DNA of 64,000 nt from Naegleria gruberi. Lineage: Eukaryota. A program made the translations under genes and the position numbers. The notes below the pieces were generated by a model that saw nothing but the letters and a program-made list of their open reading frames with translations, was not told the DNA's origin and searched no databases. The stretch lies in NCBI GenBank assembly GCA_000004985.1, contig GG738897.1; one strand, 5' to 3'. Positions 41,912 to 52,793 of the stretch are shown here, in pieces (position 1 is the stretch's first letter; the number at the start of each line of letters is the position of its first letter).

Positions 41912-42207
41912 TTTTTTTGTTTTATTTTTAATTAAAAATCAATTTCCGTTTACAATCTTTTAATTAAAATATTATTAAACAAGAAAATTAAAGAAAATTG
42001 AAATTTCACATCGGAGAATCTTCGGAATTTCAAAAAACACGTTTTCACAATTTTCAAAAACCTTCACAATAGCTATTTTTGATCTTTTTCAATATTGCAC
42101 TTTACAAATCCTAAATTCAATTCAAAATTGTTGACCAATTAAAAATTTCTCCGCTTACAATAAAAAAAAATTCAAAAAAAAATAGAAAAACACAAACTGT
42201 ATGAAAA

Positions 42208-43611
42208 ATGCACCTTTTCAAAAGCAAGAATCCATCCAGAATTGTCCCGACCATTGTTTTGTTGGCACTACTACTATTCATCATCATTATTTGTTTTTCT
42301 GCATCTGTCTCTTGTGAAAAGTTGTTTCCCGCCAAATTGTTAAATATTGCCAAATTGCAACATGAGAATAGTTTAACAATTATGCTCGATAATTCTACTA
42401 TTATTATTGAAGCAAATAATACGACAGGTGTGAATGGAACTGCAGATTCAGTCCTTTCTCAGATAATTACTTCAACCTATTTCACAGCATTTGTTTCGTC
42501 CACTTTCGCATCCATTATTGCCATTCTAATAACCTTGGTCATTGAAAAATTTGGTGCTCAAATAGGTGGAATTATTGGCAGTTTACCAACGACTGTTTGC
42601 TTTGCAAGTGTTGGATTTGCATTCCAATTAGATAACCGAAAGGAAAGTGAAATTTTATCAAATGACGAAAGGACACATATATTACTGCAACAATTATTTG
42701 TAATTCCATTGGCGATTTTTTGTAGTTTTTCGTTTTTGGTGGTGTGGAAGTTTGTGCCTGATTTGTTGAATCGTTTCGGATATTTTAAAAAGATTGAGGA
42801 AATTGAAATTAAGGGAAATGAAGAATTGGAAGAATTGGAAAGGCAAGAGAATGTGGATAATGAAATTCAATCATCGAGTATGAATAGTTTGAATTCGGTG
42901 GATGAGCAAGGAGAGGAAAATTTGGAAATGAATGTTCATTTAAACGAAACTATTCAAGAAACCATTGCTGTGGAAAATAACCATGTCAATAATGAAGAAA
43001 ATTCAAAACTGGAAAGAAAAAAGCATTATTTAAAGCTTTTCATTATTTCAGTATGTTCAGTATTAGTCTGGTTTAGTTTGGCTTCAATTGTTGTACTTGT
43101 TACAAAGCTAGTCAACGTTCCTGATCCTGTCTTGATTGGAGTGAGTTGTGCATCTGTTGTAATGGTAGTGTTATCAAGTATTATTTTCAATTGGAAAGTT
43201 AAGGTTCAGTCAGGAACATCTACCAAAAAGGGAATTTCACTTGTCTTACTTGCCTTACGAGGAATTTTCACATTTTCAATTGTTTTCATTTCCATTGTTT
43301 TGAGTGGCTTTAAATTCATTGTAGTTTCTGGATTATTGAGTGTATTTCCAATCATTTTCCTTTCCACTCTAATTTCCCTTTGGCTCTCAAGTGAAGAATT
43401 GACCACAAGCTCTGCCTCCTCAATGATGATGGGAACTTCATCTATTTCTCTATTTGCAATGATCTTTTGTTCGTGTGTCATTTATCATCTCAATATTTTC
43501 TTGGCACTCCTTATTGGATTTGTTACAAGTGTAGCTCTCTACAGTATTCCTTCGTATTTTTATGTGAGATGGAGAAAGAGTGTTGCCATGATGCAAATTG
43601 GTTCAAAATAA
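42208..43611 (+). CDS. Multi-pass membrane protein, 467 aa. Hypothetical transporter-like.
   Basis: ATG at 42208. There is an N-terminal signal or anchor, then about 10 TM helices in two blocks. The blocks are separated by an acidic coiled loop (EEIEIKGNEELEELERQENVDNEIQSS). Confidence 0.5.
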   Translation: MHLFKSKNPSRIVPTIVLLALLLFIIIICFSASVSCEKLFPAKLLNIAKLQHENSLTIMLDNSTIIIEANNTTGVNGTADSVLSQIITSTYFTAFVSSTFASIIAILITLVIEKFGAQIGGIIGSLPTTVCFASVGFAFQLDNRKESEILSNDERTHILLQQLFVIPLAIFCSFSFLVVWKFVPDLLNRFGYFKKIEEIEIKGNEELEELERQENVDNEIQSSSMNSLNSVDEQGEENLEMNVHLNETIQETIAVENNHVNNEENSKLERKKHYLKLFIISVCSVLVWFSLASIVVLVTKLVNVPDPVLIGVSCASVVMVVLSSIIFNWKVKVQSGTSTKKGISLVLLALRGIFTFSIVFISIVLSGFKFIVVSGLLSVFPIIFLSTLISLWLSSEELTTSSASSMMMGTSSISLFAMIFCSCVIYHLNIFLALLIGFVTSVALYSIPSYFYVRWRKSVAMMQIGSK

Positions 43612-43644
43612 GATCTTTCCCTACAACATTCACCTATTTAACAT

Positions 43645-46600
43645 TTATTGATAATTCATAATTTGATACTTGTTGAGGAATAAACCAATTCTTTCAACAG
43701 TACTCTTGTATTTGTCCATAACAACTGGATACTTGTTTGTAATGACAGCAACAAATTTGTGAACAATGGAAAGTGAGGCCAATTGTTTGTGGAAAATATC
43801 ATTATTGTGGAGTGAGAAACCTTTAGAAATGGCTTGATTTTCAATTTCTTCCAATTGTTTAAAGTACATTACCAACAAGTATAAAATTCCCAAATACATA
43901 TATGATACATCGATGGATTCTGTTGGAATTTGGGAGATGATATCCTTCATTTGATCAGCATATTGGAACATGACTGAAGTGTACTGTAATTGATCTGTTG
44001 TTGAGCTTTGATAAAGTCCTTGATTACACATAGTCTCGTGCAACATTAAAATACTGCAGGAAAGAGAGAATAAATCAATGAGTAAAGATAATGGTGATGC
44101 CAAAACAGCTTCTTGATTTCCAGTGTACATTTGCATTCTTGCCTTTGTTTGTCCCTTAATCTTCTTTCTGAGAAGGAGTGAAAGTGTGAGATAAATCTTG
44201 ATATTTTCTGAAGACAATGGTTGTGTGGTGATGGTAATAATTTCATTCGGTATAGTACCAGTGGCATGCAAGTAACTTGTGAGCATGGTCATACCAACAA
44301 AAGATCTGAATGAAATTGTACAATCATCAGGAAGACAAACAGAGTTCAAAGGTTGATTTCTAGCTTGAACAGGTTGAGTAAAATTGACCAAACCATTAAC
44401 GTAATCCAATCCTCTATCCATAATAAATTGAATTTCATCATATTTGAATCCAACATAAACTCTATACTTCATCAATAACATGATTTGATTTGGAACCTTT
44501 GCAAAGACTGAATTTTCATGAGTGAGACCACCAGCATCTTCCTCATCTGAAGAAGCCATACAATTAATATAGGTTTGACTCATGTAATTTGGTGAATATT
44601 TTGTGAGAACACCATCAGCCAATCTCAAATACCTCTTTGAACCTGCCAAGTTTCCAACCGACAATAAATAATGAGCAAGAACAAGATTTCTAGCAACAGA
44701 GTTGGTAGAGTTGATGGTAAGAGATCCATTATTCAAAAGGGATGTCAAGGAATTATCTGGTAAAGGTGGCAATAACAGTTCAGATTTGTGATAAGCCATA
44801 TCAGCTTCAACACTATTGCCCATCACGAGTGCAGTAATGGCATGAATAGCATAGAGAAGTGACATGATATCATTGCCAAAGACTGAACTCATGGCTTCAG
44901 TGCCAAATAATACAGAATCAAAAACTTCTTGTGGAACCCAAGAATAACCAAGTGAAATGTATCTAAAATAGAAATCAAAATATGCTTTTCTAAAGATTGA
45001 AGCATTCATAACAATATTTTGAGTTGAAGCGAATGACATGTTTTGATTTCCAAATAACATATTATTATCCAAATTCATCAACATTGTTGGTACATTTGGA
45101 TTGGAAGTTCCAAGAATATTAATGTGATCTTGAGTAATTTCCTTCTGTTGATTCATCAATAGACCTTGTGAAATGATGGAACTGATGGAAGAGTTGATAG
45201 CATCCATATTGTTTTGATTATTGTTGAAGAAAATAGTTTGATTATCTGGATGGAAAGTATTGTTAGTTTGATTGTCCATCATTTGATGTTGTTGATGCTG
45301 TTGATGATGTTGCTGGATGACAGATTTTGTAGGAGTAGATTTCTTGTTCGATTTCTTTGCCTTCCTTGGGAATGAATAATTTTCAAATGAGCTATCTTGA
45401 TTTTGTTGCATTGAAGAGTCGGCTTGTCCCATGTGAGACTTGGAAGGAGATGTTAATTTTGAAACGGAATTTCTTTTTTGTACATTGGATGTTTCACATG
45501 AACTCTTTCTCTTCTTTTCTGTTTTGGTGTTTTGAGAATTGGATCCACCTGCTTGCCATCTGAAGGTGAAAATTTCAAAAGCGTTAGCTGTTTCCATTTC
45601 ATTTCCACTGGATCCACTAGTTGTACCAGCTGTTGAGCTTGTTGTTGAAATACCTCCACTAGTGGCTGTTGAAATGTTGGAAAAGGTTGAATCGACTGAA
45701 CCTCTCCTAGCTAGTAAATTGAGAGTTCCTGGATTCGTAATTGGTGTCCTCGAGGATGTGAAAAAACTACCTGTTGAACCACCTCCAGTGACCATAGTAA
45801 TACTGGAAACATCATTTCCTGCAGGTACAGGAACAGCTCTCTGATAAACTCTTCTCTGCTTCTTTGGAGTTGTGTAAACACATTGTAAACCTTGCTTTTC
45901 ACAATAGCTGCATTGAGGTAACTTTCTGTCGCTAAAGATAACATCAATGGACAAATAAGGAGTAATAATTTCCAATCAAGATTAATCGTTTGGTTGCAAA
46001 ATATGAAACTTACCATCGTTTGTGTCTTTCTCTGCAACGAGTGCATGCAATTGGGTGCAAGTTTGAACCTGGATTTTCATCGGAGGTTTGTTGACTTGCA
46101 GAATTATCATTCTCCATTTGAGAAGTATTATTGTTACATGTAGTTGTAGTATTATTATTATTGCTATCAGTATTACTAGAATTTTGTTGTTGCTGTGATG
46201 ATGATGATGGTTGGCTACTACCATTAGCAGCAGCAGTCATCAAGTATGCTTGCAAACTTGAATCACCAGCAGCAGTAGCTGTTTGAGAAGCTCCAACACT
46301 TCCAATTAAATTATTAGTATTATTATTTGGTGGGAGTGAATGCAAATTGGAGTCTTTTTTAGTAGTGTTGGTGTTTGTGGTTGTGGAAGACAAACCCGTT
46401 GGCACCTGTGGATGACTCGAGGAGGTTTGAAAGGATTCTGAAATTATCATGGCATCGGAAAGATTCATAGCCGTTACATGTTGATTGTTGTTGGTGTTGG
46501 TATTGGGCAGCAAACCTTGTGGAAGAATCGCCGAGTTTGATGGTTGTTGATGGTGTTGTTGTTGTTCCGAAAGTAATTGTTGTTGTTGGTGATGATTATT

Positions 46601-47077
46601 ATTATTATTATTTGTATTATTATTAACATTGTTTGGAGGTGGTGTTGAAGTTTGGGAGGAAAAAGACAAGAGGAATGAATCAAAATTAGAAGACATGTCA
46701 TTGCTCTGGCCGAATATTTGATTACCTGTTGTTGTTGTTGTTGCATTATTTGCTGATGAGGAAGTTATTGTTGTATTTGCTGTTGTTGTTGGAGTAAAGA
46801 AACAATCATGAAGCATGTGATGATTGCCACTTCCACTACTAACGTTATCGGATATGAGGTGTTCAAACTTTGGTTGATTTGATTGAGAAATATTGGAAGC
46901 TTGTTGGAAAAGTGCCGCCTGTTGAAAGATTAGTTTGGAAAGCATTTCATCATTCGTGTTCTGATTGATTGTCGAGGAAGAGGAGGAGGTTGAATTCATG
47001 AGTGAGGATACAACAATTGATGATGCATCAAATTCTTCTTCTGGTGAGGAGGAGGTCATTCTATCTGAACCAAGCAT
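43645..47077 (-). CDS. GAL4-type Zn(II)2Cys6 binuclear-cluster transcription factor, about 1130 aa. Two exons.
   Basis: Exon 1 is 47077..46014 (ATG; long S/T/N/Q-rich low-complexity N-terminus; ends CGATG|GTAAGT). Exon 2 is 45931..43645 (acceptor TATCTTTAG). The intron splits the zinc cluster. The spliced sequence HPIACTRCRERHKR-C-DRKLPQCSYCEKQGLQCVY gives the canonical C-x2-C-x6-C-x6-C-x2-C-x6-C spacing. The C-terminal region of about 700 aa is unassigned (possibly a fungal_trans-like middle homology region). Confidence 0.7.
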
Positions 47078-47405
47078 AGTATGATGATAGTATTCTCTTT
47101 ACAGATAGGTAAGTTGTTGAGTGATTGAGTGATGGTGCTTACTCAGAGTATGAAGTTTGAATCTTTTTTTTCAAAGATACCAAGAAGAATATTTCACTTA
47201 CTCACTCTCTAGTTGAATCTCAAGTATGAAGAAGAGCGAAAAAGAGTCTTACTTTGAATTTAAAAAAAACCCAAAAGAATTGGTTGAGATAATAATAAGG
47301 CTCTTAAAGTCCTGTGATAGGAGGAGTTTTCTCAAAAGCACTTTGAGATGTTATTGTTGTAATGGTCTTATTCAATGACACAATAAAGAAAATTCTATTG
47401 TATCA

Positions 47406-47445
47406 GAATATTCTCGAATATTCAATTGAATATTCACTTGAATAC
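47406..47445. promoter_or_regulatory. Heat-shock-element-like GAAnnTTC array, about 330 bp upstream of the Zn2Cys6 gene.
   Basis: The sequence is GAAtaTTCtcGAAtaTTCaattGAAtaTTCacttGAAtac. The first 18 nt form a perfect four-unit nGAAnnTTCnnGAAnnTTC array. Two further GAAtaTTC palindromes follow at 4-nt spacings. Confidence 0.25.
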
Positions 47446-49354
47446 TAAATGAGGACAGTAACAAGATCAGAGACCTTAATGGTCATAGTATAAAGATGGA
47501 ACGACGATATCGTCGGTTGGCAAGGAATTATGACATTTTTTTCAAAGAATATTTGACAAATTCATTGTCGTATGACATTTCAATAATAATTTAAATTATT
47601 ATTGTGATAATTACAATAACAGTTGATGAGCATGACGAGAATATGAAAAACAAACCTGAATAGATAAAAAAACAGTGAGTGTAATATTTAGATGGATTGC
47701 AAAATGAATACACTCGAGTGAATTGTTGGATAATAAAAATTCGTGATGGCCAACAAGTAGGAGTTGCTGTTGCTGTTGCAGAGATGAGTCTTGCAGGGTT
47801 ATTGTTGTTTTTTTAGAAGAAGAAATTCGCTATTATCTGTTTGCTACATCCTTTGATGAATCTCGAGTTAATCTGTGGTGAATGGTCGTGCACAAACCGA
47901 GAATGTACAGTCCACCTTTGGTTCGGACAAGTGCGTTAAAACTATAAATGGGGACAAATGCGCTAAATGTAAAAAAAGTGATTATGCTGGGAAACAACAT
48001 TATGAAAACAAATGACTTGAAACCAATATCAGAGAGGGTTCTTAAATGAAAGTTAACATGATCATGAACTGGTTCTATAATTCTTCTTCTATCAATGGTT
48101 GAAACTATTGATTCTATTCAACAGAATACACTGAGAATCTTTGTAAATCCATCACGCAATTCCATTCTTATACCAACAATAACAGGTGTTGACAAGGAAA
48201 CCTGTTATTTAGGTCAAGATTACAGTTGGCAAATCGAGCTTATTTCCAAACTTTTTCAAGGATCATTAGTAGCTGTTCGGAAATTAAATCTCAATGTTCA
48301 GATTATTGGCGTTGGGTTTATTTAGCTATTCGTAAGATTGTGCCTTAAATGATACACAGAAAAAATGTCGTTTTAAAGCTTCAATTAAGGAATTAAGATG
48401 AGAATCTTGCCGTCCCATAAAAGTTGGTTAATTTTAAAGATGGTATTATGAAACTTACCTTGAGGTGATCATGCCGATATTATTGAGTGAGTTGATGAGC
48501 AATTTATAGCACATTAGCTTCTCCAAACATATCTCCTTAATGCATTGCAATGGAAAGGCTTCTGGTGTACAAAACCCTTTTCAAAAGGTTTTTTTGAGGA
48601 GGAGGTAATCTAATTGGTGTAATTTGTCATTTAAGGGTTCGAACCGAACTTGACCATGCAAGTCGTATAGTTGAAGGAATGATTAAGGCGAATTGGAGGT
48701 TTTACACTCAAAACTTACACGTTGTATCGAATTGTTGTAAAGTTTAAGAGGAATGGAAATGAGGAGAACCTTCAGCACTTCTTAATGTACGAATCCTTCC
48801 ATTGTGGTGATGACACTGATGTTTAATAGTGATTAGTATTGACAATATTGTTATTGAGGAAGAGTATAGAATGACTACAGCTGGATCCAATTTAAAATAT
48901 TGGGATTCTCTTCTTTCGTGCATTTTCCACTACAACTATTAAAGATTTAATGTCCATTGACAAGTGTTTAATTGATTGTAATCGAATAAATACTATTGAT
49001 TGACACTTACTGATGTTCCAAAAGTACAACTTTGGTTTGACAGTTGTCATGTTGGGAATATTGCAAGATACAACAAATTCAGAAAGAGAACCGGCACTCG
49101 AATCTTTACAAAACTGTTTGGCAATTTACGATTTTTGTAACCCATTTACTCTATCTATTGAGGATCTTCATTTATTTGTAAATTACAGACTTGTCATTTT
49201 GAATATTTTGAATATTTACATGATTTTGCATCTCTAGATATAAAATAACGACATAGAGGTGATGACCTAGATGTTTCTGCACAGTTGAGTTTCATTTTCT
49301 TCCACTTTCTTCCACATTCCTTCTCCTTCTCGTTGAGGAAGTTGTACTCGACCA

Positions 49355-49396
49355 GAGGGTTTTCGTCGTAATTGTTATAACACAACGAAAACCCTC
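49355..49396. other. Perfect 12-bp inverted repeat (hairpin GAGGGTTTTCGT / ACGAAAACCCTC with an 18-nt loop).
   Basis: Read directly from the sequence. The hairpin lies about 310 bp upstream of the NDH-2 start in an ORF-poor region. Confidence 0.4.
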
Positions 49397-49706
49397 AAGG
49401 TTTCAAAACAACTTTACAAAGTGTTGAAATTTCTTACTAATTTTCTGATTTTTTCAAAATTCAATCAACAATAAGATCCTCAACAATATAAAGAATCCAA
49501 TACTCCCCGACCAATCAAAAACAAAACCTCAATTCCCTCTCACTTTTATTAATAATCTCATCTTAGGCAATTTTGGAAATAATCCGGCGCGGTAGAAAAA
49601 CGCAAAAGAATGAACTTTAATTTTCAAATATAAAAAAAAATTTAAAAGCAAAGTGTAATTAGCAAAATCATTCCCGATCGTTTATCTATAGAGAATTATA
49701 AAGAAA

Positions 49707-51256
49707 ATGATCATCGGAAAGAGTAGTAGTAGTTTGATGCAAAAGAAGAGTTTGATCTTGATGATGGTCAATTCATTCTCTCGAACAAGTTTGAAATACA
49801 ATAAGAAGCAATTTTCTGCTAATTTATTGTCATTGACCACAACAAGTAATCAATCAGTGAGCAATTCAACATCCTCATCAGTTGAAAATACATTGAGTAA
49901 GGAAATTAGAGAGAAAATTATGGAAAATCAAAAGGTGATTGCTTCTCAATCTGCAAATAAGAAGAAACAAAATCTTGTCATTTTGGGTTCTGGATGGGCT
50001 GGCTTTCGTTTGATTAAAAAGATTGATTTGGAAAAGTATAATGTTAATGTAGTGACTCCGAGAAATCATTTCCTTTTCACTCCATTATTGCCTGGGTCTG
50101 CTTGTGGTACAGTTGAATTGAGATCAATTATTGAACCTGTGAGAAGAGCAGTTCATCACGAAGATTATCATTACTATGAGGGAAAGGCAGTTGCTGTTGA
50201 TACTGAAAATCAAAGAGTTATTTGCAAGCCAAATTATGAAAATGATCCAAATTTCACACTTCCATACGACAAGTTGGTGGTTGCAGTTGGATGTGACGTG
50301 AATGATTTTGGAATTAAGGGAGTAAAGGACTATACCTTCCCATTGAAAGAAATTTCACACGCCAGAACTATCAGACAACAAATTACTCAATGTTTTGAAA
50401 GAGCTTCCAATCCATCCACTCCAGTTCACTTACGTGAAACTCTATTGCAGTAAGTTTTTAAATAACTTTCGATTTTACAAAATTATTTAATTGAAAATGT
50501 AGTTTTGTCATTGTTGGTGCTGGTGCAACTGGTGTAGAGTTTGCTGCTGAATGTCACGATTTGATTAGAGATTTGTCAAGAAACTTCCCTCCAGAAATCA
50601 TGGAGGAGGTCAGTATGACAGTAATTGAGGCAGGAAGTACTGTCTTGTCTGCATTTGATTCTTCCCTTCAAAAGTATACTCAAAAATTCTTCCGTAGAAA
50701 TCACATCAAGATTAGAACCAATCAACAAGTTAAGGAGGTACTATCTCCAAACTCACTCAAACTTCAAGATGGATCCATTATTGAGTGTGGAATGATTGTT
50801 TGGAGTGCTGGTATTAAACCAAGATAAATAGAAATTTCCCAAGGAAGACAACTTCCAATCGATCCAAAAACTAAAAAGATTATTGTGGATGATCATTTAC
50901 ACGTGAAGGGATTTGATAATATTTGGGCCTTGGGTGATATTTCGCTCATTGAAACTGTTCCACTTGCAGCCACTGCACAAGTAGCCCAACAGCAAGGACT
51001 CTATGTGGCTCGTCATTTGAATGGTGAAATTGAGGAGAGTAAGCCATTTGTTTACCATCACATGGGTCAATTGGCCTATATTGGTAATTATAGAGCTATT
51101 AGTCAAGTTGGTGCAGTCAAGAGTGGAGGTTTCTTGAGTTGGCTCTTTTGGAGATCTGCCTACATGACAAGATTAGTCTCAATCAGAAACAAATTCAATG
51201 TCTTACTCAATTGGACCTCAACCTTTTGGTTTGGAAGAGACATTAGTAGATTTTAA
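49707..51256 (+). CDS. Type II NADH dehydrogenase (NDH-2, NDI1-like alternative NADH:quinone oxidoreductase). One intron plus one in-frame TAA.
   Basis: Exon 1 is 49707..50449 (ATG at 49707) and ends at a GTAAGT donor at 50450. The acceptor is AAATGTAG, and exon 2 starts at 50503. The spliced sequence reads ...RETLL-H-FVIVGAGATGVEFAAE. The first dinucleotide-binding motif is LVILGSGWAGF...VVTPRNHFLFTPLLPGSACGTVELRSIIEPVRR. The second is FVIVGAGATGVEFAAE. The ALGD motif is DNIWALGD. An in-frame TAA at 50825..50827 lies between WSAGIKPR and IEISQGRQLPIDPKTKKIIVDDHLHV. This is a region co-linear with yeast Ndi1 [36 protein letters not shown]. Confidence 0.75.
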
Positions 51257-51616
51257 CTTCAATCATGACAGATTTCAATCAATAGGGACTTTTCATTTTG
51301 ATTGAATCTCTAGATAATAATTGAATTGTTCAATAAACAATTCTTATTTTTCAATACACTTCTCAATTAGTTAATATTCCAAATATTCCACTTTATTTAC
51401 CTTAACACCAATATTAAAAGGATTCTCGCTATCCACCTGTATCTTTTGATCTATTCTTCTATTACCTTTTTGGTAATCTTATCCAATCGAATCTGAAGAT
51501 CCACATTCTAAAATTCCATTCACCACTTTAGTCCGAATAGATCCGATTTTAACCATGTGGTTTCATAATTTTATTTGGATCAAATCTTCATTGTTTGATT
51601 GGAATGAAGTTTCAAA

Positions 51617-51662
51617 GTATTAAATATTAATATTATTTAATATTTAAATATTAATATTTAAA
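51617..51662. repeat. AT-only low-complexity palindromic tract (ATTAATATTTAA-like units) just upstream of the Nudix gene.
   Basis: The tract aatattaatattatttaatatttaaatattaatatttaaa was read directly. Confidence 0.4.
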
Positions 51663-51700
51663 CTGCAATTGATTGAAATTTTAATAATTTTTAAATAAAA

Positions 51701-52573
51701 ATGCAGCACTTGAAAAACAGCCATAAATTCATCACGATCAGAATTGATCAACACATTAATCCAATGATGAAGAGAATGATGAAGAATTTGGATCATCATC
51801 ACCATAATAACAATCAATTATTATTACTCTCGGAGAAGGCTTCAAATTATCTTCGAAATTTCTCATCATCAAGAATTAAATTATCATCTTCGGAAGAAAA
51901 GAAAATTGAAGATTTGATTAATATTTCCCAAATTAATATTGATGATGAACCAATTACTAGTAAATGGATTAAATTGAGGAGAATGAAGTATATTCAGAAT
52001 GGTGTTTCTAAAACATGGGATATTGCCATGGTCAATGATTCAGTTTCTTGCTTGATTTATCAAAAGACAAGACAGGAATTTATCATTATTAGACAATTTA
52101 GACCATCAATACTTGCTAGACAATTATTTAAGGAAAATCCAATTGTACAAAATGTGAATATTTCATCAGATAAAATTGAATATACTTTCGAGTTGTGTGC
52201 TGGATTGAAGGATAAGAATCTTCCACCCAATGAAACAATTCAGGCAGAAGTGGAGGAAGAATGTGGATATAGAGTACCAATTTCGAATATTCAACATGTG
52301 AATACCTATTATACATCTACTGCTTCAAGTGCTTCAATGCAACATTTGTATTATATTGAAATGGATGATGAGAGTGAATTGAAATGGAAAGTGAGTGAGG
52401 GCGGAGGTTTAGAGAGTGAGGGTGAAATTCTTTTACCTTTCAGATTACCACTCAGTAAGGTTTCCAGTTTCCTTAAGGATGGCCCAAAACCTTCAACACT
52501 GATTTATGCAATAACTTGGTGGTTTTTGGAGAAGGCCACTAAAGAACAACGAGATTTATTCTATTTCAAGTGA
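51701..52573 (+). CDS. Nudix hydrolase (NUDT14-like nucleotide-sugar/ADP-ribose pyrophosphatase), 290 aa.
   Basis: ATG at 51701. The Nudix box is CAGLKDKNLPPNETIQAEVEEECGYRV (Gx5Ex7REUxEExGU). There is an N-terminal extension with a His/Asn run. Confidence 0.65.
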   Translation: MQHLKNSHKFITIRIDQHINPMMKRMMKNLDHHHHNNNQLLLLSEKASNYLRNFSSSRIKLSSSEEKKIEDLINISQINIDDEPITSKWIKLRRMKYIQNGVSKTWDIAMVNDSVSCLIYQKTRQEFIIIRQFRPSILARQLFKENPIVQNVNISSDKIEYTFELCAGLKDKNLPPNETIQAEVEEECGYRVPISNIQHVNTYYTSTASSASMQHLYYIEMDDESELKWKVSEGGGLESEGEILLPFRLPLSKVSSFLKDGPKPSTLIYAITWWFLEKATKEQRDLFYFK

Positions 52574-52793
52574 TAATTTTGTTCACACATCTGGACTTTC
52601 AAAACTAGCACTTCCACAATATTTAATGAAGAGAACCTTTTTACCATTCTCATACTCTTCGATTTTACTCTTGGTTTCATTCGAATTATTGACCTTAGTA
52701 GAAAAACTCTTTTTATGTTAAGCCAGAAGACTCTTAATAACACTAGTAGTATGGAAAGCTTTTTCTTGCCTGTGGCTTTCAACGCCTAAAAAA

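Noticed and set aside
48630-48660. A GGTTCGAACC box resembling a tRNA T-loop.
   Set aside because: No 5-bp T-stem, anticodon arm or acceptor stem could be built on either strand. It is simply a 10-bp palindrome.
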